Assembly: GCF_006345805.1 (NCBI RefSeq)
Contig: NC_043003.1
Location: 1,364,001-1,428,000 of the forward strand
Source of the DNA: Octopus sinensis
Lineage: Eukaryota
Direction of reading: 5' to 3'
DNA length: 64,000 nucleotides
The position numbers and the translations under genes were made by a program. Positions 37,907 to 51,748 of the stretch are shown here, one piece after another. Numbering within the stretch: the stretch's first letter is position 1; every line of letters starts with the position of its first letter. The notes beneath the pieces were generated by a model. It did no database searches. It was not told where the DNA came from and worked only from the letters and a program-made list of their open reading frames with translations.

Positions 37907-38739
37907 TATATATCGATAGACATATTGATATTGTCTAACACTTTGTTAATGGCTCTGTTAATCCGGTTCGAAATTTATATACAAAGTTGTTTTTATGTTC
38001 GTACAACACAAACAGCAGATGTCTGAAGTTACTGATGAGCTACTGCTACGGCTAGTACTGCTGCTACTGTATCAGTGCTGTTTACATGGATATCGAGTTT
38101 GTAAGACAAAGATAACATAAATTTATTGTTATTCTTACAAAGGATTGTTGTCGCATGGCTGCGTGGTAAAGACGATCGCTTTGCAACGACATGGTTCCGG
38201 GTTCAGGCCCAATACGTAGAACCTTGGGCAAGTGATATTTTTACTATACCCCCCCCCCACCCCGAGTCAGCCAAGGCCTTGTGAGTGAATTCGATAGATG
38301 GAAACTCTGCGGCAGCCCGTCGTATATACATGTGTGCATAGGTGCAGGAGTGGCTGCGTGGTAAGAAGCTTGCTTCCCAACCACATGGTTCTGGGTTCAG
38401 TCCCACTGCATGGCACCTTAGGCAAGTGTCTTCTGTAGCCTCGAGTCGACTAAAGCCATGTGAGTGGATTTGGTAAACAGAAACTGAAAGAAGCTCGTCG
38501 TGTGTGGATGTCAGAGAGAGAGAGAGAGTTTGTGCGTCTATGTTTGTCACCCAACATCGCTTGACGACCGATGTCAGTGTGTTTATGTCCGCGTAACTTA
38601 GCGGTTCAGCAAAGCACATCAATAGAATAAGTACTAGGCTTACAAAGCATAAGTCCTGAGGTCGATTTGTTCGACTAAAGGCGGTGCTCCAGCATGGTCG
38701 CAGTCAAATGCCTCCCCTCCCCTTTCCTACCACGTGATC

Positions 38740-40335
38740 GGTGTCTGGTTCAGGCATTGTCGTCCATTTTCGGCCGGCCGCCTTTGCGGTCGGTCGCGTC
38801 TGTTCTGTCCTGCCGCTCGGTCTGTTAAGATTTTTCCATTTCCATTCCCCTCGCGCTAGCTTACTACACTCGTCTGGTAGTCGAAAGATCCTGTTTGCTT
38901 TGTTTTATTTTGGTTGTAATTGTATAATTATTTTCTTTTTGCTGTATAGCCGAAAGGCGTTTGTCCATTGTATATGTATAATTCTATTTCATATGTTATA
39001 TTCATCCGATAGTCAAAAGAACCTTTCCGTTGTTATTTGTTTTTGTAAATGTACATTCATTTGCCTTGCCCAGAGGCTTAATATTCTTAGCTTAAGTCCC
39101 TGGCCCGGCCGGTTTCGGGTAGTATCGGCGATAAGTGGGCGAAACTACATGGGGGGAGGGGCACCAAAACATACGTCACACGGAGAAAAATAGGTCACTG
39201 TAAAGCTGAGATTCCTTACGGATGATACAGATAGTAAGAACTCCATAGCAACTCTAAACTGTGACGAACTGGTTCTCAAACTAGTCTACCTTGGCGATAG
39301 GTGTGTTTATATAAAGATAGCCGAAGTACTATTAGAAATAAACACTTCTGGTTAGTGGCGGTTGTCCTCTTCGGCATGGAAGTCGAAGTTAATATTCTGC
39401 AGGTTCAGAAACGTCAGGAACAAAACTGATAGGACCAAGGGAACTATTGATCTAAACGGATCACCAACGCATGGAATCCTTCCCAGACTTGATCAATCAA
39501 CCAGACGTCACAAAACTATTCGGTTCATAACTCTGCAAAACGCAAATTTCAAAATTTTGACCAATGTGTTAGCAAAGAGGTTGGCGCTTGTCATCGATTG
39601 GTGATGCGCAAACAAGCACTATCCCGAACACAGACACATTTATCCACGATAACCGCCACCTCATGCGGTACACCAAAGAAAGAGTGGGTAAAGAACTTGA
39701 CATAGGTGGGTCCCTGATTAATTTAGATCAATCAAAATCTTTCGATAGGTATCGACTACAGTTACTTGCAGGCTATTCTCATGGCGGCCGGTCTTCCAAT
39801 CTTCCGTAGTTCGATTGCCATAATGTACTGTGGAATCTGTTCGGTGGTCAGGATTAATGGTTACCTATCGGTCGGTGAAGATCGAACTTCATTTTTGTTT
39901 AGACTGACTCTATAGCCAGATCTAGGAAAACAAGAGATGTGGTAGAGTATCCCGCACAAGCTAGGACGTGGAAGAAATGTATCGGCAGACATCACTGTCA
40001 TAGTGATAGACACAAGGCACATAGGGGTGATCAGTGCTACTCTAAGCAACTGCTTGGTAGTGACAGGAGCAAAAATCCTTTAAGCCAGTGCGTCGGTATC
40101 TCGGTACCAAATGAAACACGTGCATGTCGTCCAAGAGAGCGTCATGGAACGCAGGACAGACGGACACTTTTAATTGCTCGGCGTCTGCTCTGGTTCAAAT
40201 CCCCAAGGTGAAAAGAAATGGGATGAAGTAAAGAGCAGGGGGGTGGGGTCACTCTGTCGCAGAAATAGGCCGAGGGAAAGCTATTTCTGAAAAGTTGGGC
40301 AGAAATGGTGAATGATTATATCGCCTCCGGTCACG
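38740..40335 (+). mobile_element. Degraded Tx1/L1-clade LINE
   Basis: RT relics IRFITLQNANFKILTNVLAKRLALVI and IHDNRHLMRYTKERVG...GSLINLDQSKSFDR; many stops and deletions. Confidence 0.75.
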
Positions 40336-40702
40336 TGTCATCGGATCGATTGCTCTTCTACTTTTTACAATTAAAAAAACAATCAAATTTCTTCATCATA
40401 AACGTAAACCCTATCACAAATTTTAAACCACAATCCTACCTCTAAACCTAAATCTAATTCTCTCCCTAAACCCTAAACCGTAACTCCAGCCCTAAACCTA
40501 ATCTCATGTTTCCTCGACATTATTTTTAATCTATTAATGCATATTTTTTGCATTATTAAAAAAGGAAGCAGACGACTTATTGTCCGGTTGCCTGCTTCCC
40601 TTTTTCTTTTTATATTTCGGAGTTTCAAGGATTCCCAGATATTCGTCATCATCATTATCACCAGCAGTAGCAGCAGCAACAGCAGCAGCATCATCATCGT
40701 TG

Positions 40703-40735
<33 letters not shown>

Positions 40736-41460
40736 CCATCTCTTCTTCTTCTTCTTCTTCTTCTTCTTCTTCTTCTTTGTGTGTGTGTGTGCGTGCGTGC
40801 GTGTCTATTTGGTATCACATTTTGCGAGGAATAGCCTCGTAAGTCACATGTTTACAATGAACCAATCACGGATTCACGTCATCTCTGTGACGCGAGTAAC
40901 AAGGGATTGTTTTTGCCATTTGGATGGAACAGATATAACAATATTTTTTTTTAAATCTTTATTTCACTGAATTTCTCGCTGAAATATTTGGCCGATAAAT
41001 CCAATTAACCATAGCAACACACAAAGTCGCGGGCATGCCCGCGTGGTTAAAAACTTATTTTCCGGTCGCATGCTTTTGGGTTCGGTTCCACTGCGCGACA
41101 CCTTGGGCAAGTGTCTCTTACTATAGCGTCTGGGAAGTGCGTGTGTGGATGTGTCTTTGTGTTTGTCCCCTCTCGTCACCGTTTCATAACTGGTGTTGGT
41201 TTATTTACGTCCCCGTAGCTTAGGGTTTTGGCAATAGCGATCCGATAGAATAAGGAACAAACTTTAAAAAAAGTATCGGGATCAATTTGTTCGAAGGTGG
41301 TGCCCCAGCATGGCCGTAGTCCAATGACTGGAATAAGGAAAAAAATTAAATGTAAAAGACAAAAGTATTCTCCCTCGTTTTACACGACCCCGGTTTACAC
41401 GCTGACTTGTGACAACAATCTTTCGCGTAGTTCGAAGGTCAACTCTGTGTGTGTGTGTGT

Positions 41461-41504
<44 letters not shown>

Positions 41505-41508
41505 CGCG

Positions 41509-41539
<31 letters not shown>

Positions 41540-42267
41540 TGTCGGAGAAGTTATTGGTCTACTGGAGGCAACGGTTGAAGTCCCTTGCTCAAAGCAGCAT
41601 CACGTAGTCCGATCGAACCCGAGACCTCGCTGATGCGAAGCCAACGTCTTCAACACACAGCCATGCCTACAAACCATCAACCAAACCTGCATCCATCCAG
41701 TTCCGCTGCAACATCCTGACAGGGTCGGGGTGGGGACGTGCATACACACACTCTGCCTCTCTTTTCCCCTCCGCCAAACCTTCAAAATTCTTGTTCCCAA
41801 AACTTCAACCAACCTAAATACCGATCATTCTTGAAATATTGTAATTTTCAATAGAATATTCCCGTCGTTCCTCTCTCCCTCTTCTCATCCAACTGCAAAC
41901 GTCTTTGATCCTTTGTTCTGCTGGTTCTAATAATACTCAATCCACCGAGACGGATAATGTATTGTCTCCGATCTTATCGAGTTGTTGGGTCTCCACGAAC
42001 GACTACGGACTCATAAAGCGTGTGTATGCGTGCATGTGTGTGGAGGGGTGTAGGTATGACGGCGGCCATGCTGGAGCACTGCCTTGAAGAATTTTTAGTC
42101 GAATGAAACGACCTCAGTGCCTTTTTTTTTTTTAAGTTTGGTACTTATTGTATCGGTCTCTTTTGCCGAACTGCTATTTTACGTTGGCATGATCACGCCA
42201 GCACCAGTTGTCAAGTGATGGTGGGGGACAAACAGAAGATAGAGAGATAGATGGATGGATGGATAGG

Positions 42268-42333
<66 letters not shown>

Positions 42334-43250
42334 CATACATACATACATACATACACACATACATACATACATACATACATACATACATACATACATACAT
42401 ACATACATACATACATACGTACGTACGTACGTACATACATACATACATACATACATTCATACATACATACGTACATTCATACATACATACATTCATACAT
42501 ACATACATACATACCACATACATACATACGTACATACATACATACATACATACATACATCATACATACATACACATACATACATACATACACACCTACAT
42601 ACATACATACATACATACATACATACATACATACATACACACATACATACATACATACATACATACATACATACATACATACATACATTCATACATACAT
42701 ACATACATACACACATACATACATACATACATACATTCATACATACATACAAGGGGTTTATGACATGTTTTGAGCCTTCAAGGCCCTTCAGCCTTGAAGT
42801 CTTGTACCTTCATCAGAAGTCTTGTACCATGTTTTGTTTTTTTGAGGCTCAAGACTTTTTATACATCTCTCGCACATACATACATACATATATACGGCGG
42901 GCTTCTTTCAGTTTCCGTCTACCAAATCCACTCACAAGGCTTTGGTCGGCTCGAGGCTATAGTAGAAGACACTTGCCCAAGGTGCCACGCAGTGGAACTG
43001 AACCCGGAACCATGTGGTTGGTAAGCAAGCTTCTTACCACAAAGCGTGTGTGTGTAATATATATGTATAATGTCGCTGAATCTATACACACATATACAGA
43101 ATGCTTGAAAGGAGGAGCAGATGGACAGCCGACAACTGATGAACGGTCCTCTCTCTTTATTTACTTGTCCTGTTTTCCATTTTTCTCCTATTGTTTATGT
43201 ATTTCATGTTGTTTGTACCGTTGGTGATGTCCTATACCCACATATGCATG

Positions 43251-43332
<82 letters not shown>

Positions 43333-43341
43333 TATATTATT

Positions 43342-43387
<46 letters not shown>

Positions 43388-43544
43388 TACTATTTATATA
43401 TATGTACATTATTTACTATTTATATATATATATATATACATATCAGATATGCTGGTATAGCCTTTCTCTAAGGTCTGCGAGAATTAGGAATTAGGTTAGA
43501 AAGCAGCACTGATAATGTAACATGATTCTACAGTACAATCACTT

Positions 43545-43855
43545 CTTCTTCGTCTTCTTCTTCTTCTTCTTTGTCTCCTTCTTCTCCTCCTCCTTCTTCT
43601 TCTGCTTCTTCTTCTTCTTCTTCTTCTTCTCTTCTTCTTCTTCTTCTTCTTCTTCTTCTTCTTCTTTTCATTCTTCTTCTTCTCCTTCTTCTCCTTCTTC
43701 GTCTTCTTCTTATCCTCCTTCTTCTTCTCCTTCTTCGTCTTCTTCTTCTCTCTTCTTCTCCTCCTCCTCCTTCTTCTTCTTCTTCTCCTCCTCCTCCTTC
43801 TTCTTCTTCTTCTTCTTCTTCTTCTTCTACTTCTCCTTCTTCTTCTTCTACCTCC
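43545..43855. repeat. (TTC/CTC)n polypyrimidine microsatellite
   Basis: Read directly. Confidence 0.95.
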
Positions 43856-44441
43856 CCATATTACTTTATTTACAACCCAAGGGGAATCGACTCATTTAAC
43901 AGATAAACGTCGTTTGTTCGACGCACACACAGTTGCCGAACAGATGACAAGACAGAAACCACAGATTTACTGACCAACCGGAATTCTTGCCTCCTCCTTT
44001 CCATTAATCTTTCAAATCCTGATAATTACTAATAATTCCTTCCATTAATCAATCAGGCAATCACTGAATCTTTCAATCAATCACTCTGTCTCAAAATTAT
44101 CGAACTTTCGACATTTTCTATATTTTTCTTTCAGTTGTTTAATAGCTTTTCTTTCTTTTTTTATTGTTTATTCCTTTCTTCTTTCTTACTTCCTTTTTTC
44201 TCTTTTTTCTTTTTTCCTTCCTCTACACTTTCTTTTTTTCTTCGTTTCTTCTTTATATATTTCTTTTTTCCTTTTTAAATTCTTTCTCTCTCCGTTTTTC
44301 TTTCTAATTCTCTCTCTCTCTCTCTCTCTCTCCACCTTATCCTCTTCACATCACACACTCTACTGCTAGATTGCCTCTCCGTCTGTCTGTGTGTCTCTTA
44401 GGCTCCCCAATAACAATAAACTCTTGCCAAGGTTTTCAACT

Positions 44442-44541
44442 NNNNNNNNNNNNNNNNNNNNNNNNNNNNNNNNNNNNNNNNNNNNNNNNNNNNNNNNNNN
44501 NNNNNNNNNNNNNNNNNNNNNNNNNNNNNNNNNNNNNNNNN
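44442..44541. other. Assembly gap (100 N)
   Basis: Run of N. Confidence 1.
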
Positions 44542-44810
44542 GGACTTATTGTGTGCACAAGGTCTAAGTGTCCACTTAGTGGTATCTGCTTGTGGAGGGG
44601 TCCCTCAGTGTTGTCGGTGAACTGTCATTCTTTCTCTGAGGGTAAGGCTCGTTTGCCCTATGTAGTCTTCGTGCATCCTTCACACCTTATGACGTAGAGT
44701 AAATTTTTTGATGCGCACGTGAAATTATTTTTTATGATGAATGTGTGTCCCGAGTGGAACTTGTACGACGATCCCTCAATGAGGTGGATGTAGGTCTTGC
44801 AGTTGGGGAA
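44542..44810 (-). mobile_element. Penelope-like element GIY-YIG endonuclease fragment
   Basis: CKTYIHL...NFTCASKNLLYVIRCEGCTK/(frameshift)DYIGQTSLTLRERMTVHRQH. Confidence 0.85.
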
Positions 44811-45668
44811 GTTGTGTGTGTGTGTGTATATATATGTGTGTGACAAACAGACGCTGCTTGACCAGCAGGCACGGACACATCTATTCACACCCACATACTA
44901 ACCTCCTGATAACCCCAAAACCATTGATGCTTGAAGGGGAAGTATACACCACACTGGGTACAACCTTTTTTCTCTCAATTCAACCTTTCTGCTAAAACAA
45001 ACAGGTCAGTAACAACATATTCTCGCCTTCAACTTAAAATATTCTGAGATGTATAAAAAATCCATTTTAATTTTTGCTGTCAAAAGATTGTATATATATA
45101 CCAAAGACTGTATATATATACATGTAATGTGACAATTTGCAACAACCAATAATTAACGCAACCAAATTTCCAATAATATATTTGTTTTATCCTTTTCTGC
45201 CAATTTTTCCAAATATTCTCATCACACTATTGAACTTCTCTGTTACCAAACACTATATTTATACATGTAATGTGACAATTTTGTATAAAAAAACATTTTT
45301 GAATCCATAATATCCAATGTGACAATTATGTAAAAAACTTTTTTGAATGCATAATATTCAATGTGACAATTATGTAAAAAACTTTTTTGAACCCATATTA
45401 TTCAATGTTACTTTTAATGTTACTTTTGACAATCTTTTACAAACATCGTTTAAATTGCATTTTCAAACCTTTTTTTTTTATATATATATATATATTATAT
45501 ATATACACGACGTATTCTTTCGGTTTCCGTCTATCAAATCCACTCACAAGGCTTTGGTCAGCCCAAGGCTATAGTAGAAGACACTTGCCCAAGGTGTCAC
45601 TCAGTGGGACTGAACCCGGAACTATGTGGTTGTTAAGTAAGCTACTTACCACACAGCCACTTCCTGCG

Positions 45669-45714
<46 letters not shown>

Positions 45715-46348
45715 ATATATAAATAGATGTGTATATACATATATACATGGATATACGCGCACACACAAACTCACATAAACAAACACATACATCGTTACAA
45801 ACATGCAGAGCGATAGATATATCGACAGACAGGCAGGCGGACAGCAATGATTACACAGCTAACATACAGATCGTGAAACAAGTACTAACATTCTTAATTA
45901 AATAACTTTAATTAATTGCGGCAATACATGCTGCAAGGAGAGGTAAACATTGATTGACAACCTTTAATGAAACCTAACAAACGTAAGGGTGACAACTCCA
46001 ATTCACAGACGCCTTTTTGTTTATGATTCGACGCACCGGGGAGTCCCAATATATTACGATAGTAACCATTATTAAGTGGAAGGGAAGAATAATTTGAATT
46101 TTAGCAGACGTAATGGCGACCCCAGTTATGTTTAGGCACTGAGAGCAACGTCGTGGCACTCCGTCGGCTGCGATGACGAGGGTTCCAGTTGATCCGATCA
46201 GCGGAATTCCCTGCTTGTGAAATTCATTTGCAAGTGGCTGAGCACTCCACAGACACGTGTACCATTAACGCAGTTCTCGGGGAGGTTCAGTGTGACACAG
46301 AGTGTGTATTTGTATACGTACATATTTATTTTAAATCGGTAGAACTTA

Positions 46349-46437
46349 AAGAGTGACTCGAGGACGGAAAGTTTCGTGCACTGGCATATATTTGTTAAGT
46401 GCCAACGCACGAAACCTTTTTCCTTTGAGTCACTCTG
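46349..46437. mobile_element. 89-bp hairpin mini-MITE (Tc1/mariner-like termini)
   Basis: AGAGTGACTC...TTTCGTGC..TGGCA arm, 13-nt loop, TGCCA..GCACGAAA...GAGTCACTCTG|TA arm. Confidence 0.75.
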
Positions 46438-46607
46438 TAAATTCTGCCGATTAAATAATAAAAATATATTCCTATTCATGCTTTGAGCTCTGTTTTCCTG
46501 TTTGTATCACCATACCTACGTGTGTGTGTTGTGTGTGTGTGTGTGTGTGTGTGTTTGAGTGTAGGTGTGGATGTGTGTGCACATACGTATACATTCTCCT
46601 CTCTCTC

Positions 46608-46653
<46 letters not shown>

Positions 46654-47338
46654 CGAAATATATATATATATAATGCAATACATGTATGTATGTATATGTG
46701 TCCGTATCTGCATGCTTGTATGTGTACGTATATTTGTATGCGTGTGTATGTGTGCATTTGGGCGTGTGTGTGGCAGTTTGCTCTGCCCGACCTCTTCCTC
46801 TAATTCAAAGGTAAACAAACAAATTGAAACACACACACACATGCATGACTAATAACAATGGTGGTAATATCTATGGAAGTCAATAACGACCGTTTCAGTT
46901 GAGAGCGAAGACTGCAGCAACACTCGAAAGAAGTGATAAGACGGACAGGTGCACGCTGAACCCCGACTAAATAAACAGCCACTCACAACTAGTCACGCAC
47001 ACACACACACGCACACACACACACACGCACACACACGCACACACACACGCACACACACGCACACACACACACGCACATACACACATGTATTTATAAACAT
47101 ACATAGACGTGTGAGTGTGTGTCCATTTCTTGCGAGCTGAAGCATGCCTCCGCCTCGGCCGCTACTCTGGATTCTGTGACCACTCACTCCGGGACGAATA
47201 TAATTAATCGATAATAATAACCGGATGATTATTCATTGTCGATAAACAGTTTGAAACACTCCCCACACGCAACTATTTTTGATTACAATATCTCTTTGAT
47301 AACATTATCTGTGAGCAGAGAGCATGTATAGTACGTTT

Positions 47339-47383
<45 letters not shown>

Positions 47384-47432
47384 TATATAATGTTTATGTA
47401 TGTATATATATGGTGTGTGTGTGTGAGAGAGA

Positions 47433-47498
<66 letters not shown>

Positions 47499-48226
47499 AT
47501 GTATATATATATACACACATATATATATACTCAAATAAATTTGTACAGCACACATACGTATAAATATATATGCGTATGTGTGTGCGTATGTATATGTATT
47601 GTATATATATAGGGAGAGAGAGGATTGCATATATATGTGTGTGTGTATATATATATATATATATAATATGCATGTATATGCATACATACACATACATACA
47701 CACATACATACACACATGCACACACATGCAGGCATATGTATGTATGTCTCAATAAACCGGGGAGGGGTGTCTGTCTGGATATTGCAACTACCCAGGAGAG
47801 GCAAAACATCGTTTTCTGGTCGCTTCTCCATCGAAGGTCAGATTTTTTTTTCCTCGTCCAAAGAAATCGATATCACGTTCTGTACCTCGCTGCTTCCGGT
47901 AACAATTCCCGCCACTTTCGGTGAGATACCGAAGCACGAGACCGGTATGGCGTCCGATTCTCCTGGTAACCATTTCATTGAGTCAGCACTGGCCGGGGAT
48001 AATTAGGGATGATTAGTTATAGGCATGTGCGGGTGTGCACACGCGCACACACACACACACAAATGCACACATGCACACATGCGCATGTATATATATATAT
48101 ATATAATATATATATATATATATACATATATACACATACACATACGAATGTACATATATGTATATAAATATATATATGTATATATATATATAGAGAGAGA
48201 GATCTATATATCTATGTATCTGTCTA

Positions 48227-48270
<44 letters not shown>

Positions 48271-48435
48271 TATACACACACACACACACAACATTATAGA
48301 TAGATAGATAGATAGATAGATTGATAATCTCTATTGTATTTCTCTATATATGAATATGTATGTATATATATATATATATACATACATGCATATACATACA
48401 TATACATATATAATATACATATATATATATACATC

Positions 48436-48509
<74 letters not shown>

Positions 48510-48600
48510 TATATATAATATATATACAAATACATATACATATACATATATATGTGTACATATACACATATATATACATATATATTATATACATATAATA

Positions 48601-48640
<40 letters not shown>

Positions 48641-48865
48641 ATATAAATATGTATGTATATGTATATATTTCTGTGTGTGTGCGTATGAGTGCTCGTATGT
48701 TAATACAGAGGCTTTTCCCAGTGACTAACAGACAGACCATGTAACACAAGCCGTCATTGCTTTCTCTCTCCCAAGAAAACCTGGTCTTTAGGGAACTCTG
48801 ATGGATAGACAGACAGGCAGACAGGCAGGCAGAGAGGTTGATAGACAGATAGATAGATAGACAGG

Positions 48866-48913
<48 letters not shown>

Positions 48914-48914
48914 G

Positions 48915-48953
<39 letters not shown>

Positions 48954-48962
48954 CAGACAAAC

Positions 48963-48996
<34 letters not shown>

Positions 48997-49063
48997 CATA
49001 GATAGATAGATAGATTAGATAGATAGATAGATAGATAGATAGCTAGACAGGACAACGATAGAC

Positions 49064-49122
<59 letters not shown>

Positions 49123-49129
49123 CACAAAC

Positions 49130-49186
<57 letters not shown>

Positions 49187-49199
49187 TAAGATAGGACAA

Positions 49200-49873
49200 T
49201 AACAACAGCATATTGACCGCATACCCTCCCCCCCCCACGCTTCCTACCTTTTCGTTAACATTATCATCATCACTACCACCACAACCACCACCACCAACGT
49301 CTTTTGCCCCCCCCCCTTCTCATTAAATCATCATCGCCACCATCATCATTATCATCACTAACACATCCACCACCACTACCATCTCGGTACCCTTTTTCTT
49401 GTCATCGTCATCATCACCATCATCACCATCACCATCATGTTCGTCATCATCATCGTCACCATCATCAATAATACCACCTTCACCACCGCGATCATCGCCT
49501 TCATCGCCACCATCATCCCGTCATCGTCGTCATCGTTGTCTTTGTTCTTGTTGTCATCGCATTCTTTCCTTTCTTGGTCCCACTTGCTTTATGCCCACTA
49601 AATATATCTCTCGACAAACGATGCAGGCAAACCTAACCCTAACCCTGACCCTGAATGCATCAGCTCCGAAATGCCCTAATCTGGCTGACCAACCTAATTA
49701 TTTATCCGGGCGTGCAAGAATACCTTTGTGCCAAATTCCACTTCCAACACATTCCAACGACATCATCATCATCACCATCATCATCATCATCGTCTTGGTC
49801 GTCGCCGCCATCGACTTTGTCAACATCAGCATCGTCATCACCACCAACCACCACCACCACCACCACCATCACC

Positions 49874-49905
<32 letters not shown>

Positions 49906-50519
49906 CATCATCATCACCACCACCGCCATCACTATCACAATAATAATAATAATAATAATGATGATGATGATGATGATAAGTTCATCGTATACAATGCTCA
50001 GGTGCACTACATCATCACCATCATCCTCTTCCTCCTCCTCCTCATCATCATCATCATCAACAACACCATCTTCGTCATTACCATCAGCAATAACAACATC
50101 AACAACAACAACAGCGGCAGCGACGCTAACCGACGAAGAAGCAGAATAAAAACGGTTGCAGCAGTCTTGGAGAAGCCGAGGCGGAAATGGCGACAGCACC
50201 GACGGCGGCAGCATGAGTAATAAGAGGCGAGGCGGCGGCAAACCGGTGCAGTAGCAGCAGCAGCAGCAGTAGTGGTGGTGGTGGTGGTGGTTGAAGTAGT
50301 AGTAGTAATAGTAGTAGTAATAGTAGTAGTGGTGGTGGTGTGGTGGTGGTGGTGGTGGTAGTAGTAGTAGTGGTGGTAGTAGTAGCGGCAGCGGTATTAT
50401 TATTATTATCATTATTATTTGTAGTAGTAGTAGTAGTAGTAACAACAACAACTATAAAACATTTGAAATATCTGCAATGGTAGCAGCCTGTCACATAATT
50501 TAGTTGTAGCAGCAGTAGA

Positions 50520-50584
<65 letters not shown>

Positions 50585-50918
50585 ATTTAATCAAGTTTAG
50601 TTCTGAAGGGGGATTCTTCGCCGGTTGAGTGAAAAGAGAAAAAAAAGGGAGAGAGAAAGAGAGAGAGAGGGGGAAAGAGAGAGAGACGGATAGGGAGAGG
50701 AAGAGAAAAAGAAGGAGAGAGAGAGAGAGAGAAGATAAAGAAGAGCAAACAGCAAGAAAGAGAGAGGAAGAGCACTGAAGACCCTACAGTTATTAGAGGC
50801 CCAGAGAGAGGGAGAGAATTTGAGAGAGAGAAAGGAAGAGAAGGAGAGCGAGAGAGGGAGAGGGAGAGAAAGTAAGAGAAGGAGAGCGAGAGGGAGAGGG
50901 AGAGAAAGGAAGAGAGAG
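49200..50918. repeat. Low-complexity field: (CAT/CAC)n, (AGT/GGT)n, then (GA)-rich tract
   Basis: Read directly. Confidence 0.95.
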
Positions 50919-51224
50919 TCAGTTGTTTAAAGTAGTTTGTTTGTGGCGCACCGAGAGTGACCGCGTGAGGCCGGCAAAGCAGAGCGGCACGGTGCGACTT
51001 GGGGGAAACACCAGACCGAGGAAGGTGTCTTCTATCTCTTTTGCTCAACCATCAACATCAACAACAACATCAACAACAACAGCATCAGCAATAAACTCAT
51101 TGGAGCAACCGATGAGGCATCGTTCGGGAGCTGTAACAACGGTTTCATTCCGATCACAAAACAACAAAACCTTGATCAGCTTTACAAACACCACAACAAA
51201 ACACAAACACCGAACACGGTAAGA
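50919..51224 (+). promoter_or_regulatory. Candidate promoter and first exon
   Basis: Inr-like TCAGTT (50919-50924) directly after a 330-bp GA tract; CpG-containing unique sequence; splice donor ACG|GTAAGA at 51218/51219. Confidence 0.4.
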
Positions 51225-51717
51225 GCTGCTGTGAATCGGGGATTAATACATTCAATAACATATTGATACATTCATTTCGATATAAGCACATTTATTCAAC
51301 ATATAAACACACACACATGTATAAACTGCTATAATCTCTCGTACGACATATTACGCACCACACGTACACATTTTTCTTATATATATATATTTAAAAAAAA
51401 GCATTTAATACACGTAGGATATAATTTATACATAATAATATATGTCGTTTTATATATAGGAGGAACTATACAAAATTGTGAAAAAAAGAATATTTGGGGG
51501 AAAAACATGTGAAACAAATTGCGATTAATTATCTGCTAATTAAATCAATGTTGTTGATTGACTCATACATACAACATACAAAGATTGCTTTAAGTGACAG
51601 AAGTTGGAAATAAAAAACATGTCATTAAGTTTCCTCGTCCTCCAGATATGCGCATCCACATAGACACATAAAGCACAAATATACACATAACATACATACA
51701 CACAATATATATATATC

Positions 51718-51748
<31 letters not shown>

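Noticed and set aside
44371-44697. 108-aa ORF
   Set aside because: Reads through the N gap; artefact.
49631-49655. (TAACCC)-like telomeric repeats
   Set aside because: Only about three degenerate units; similar CCTAAC/CCTAAA tracts (40440-40500) are common in repeats.
49399-50494. Overlapping poly-His/Ser/Asp ORFs up to 273 aa
   Set aside because: Trinucleotide low complexity, open in many frames, with no domain or splice support.
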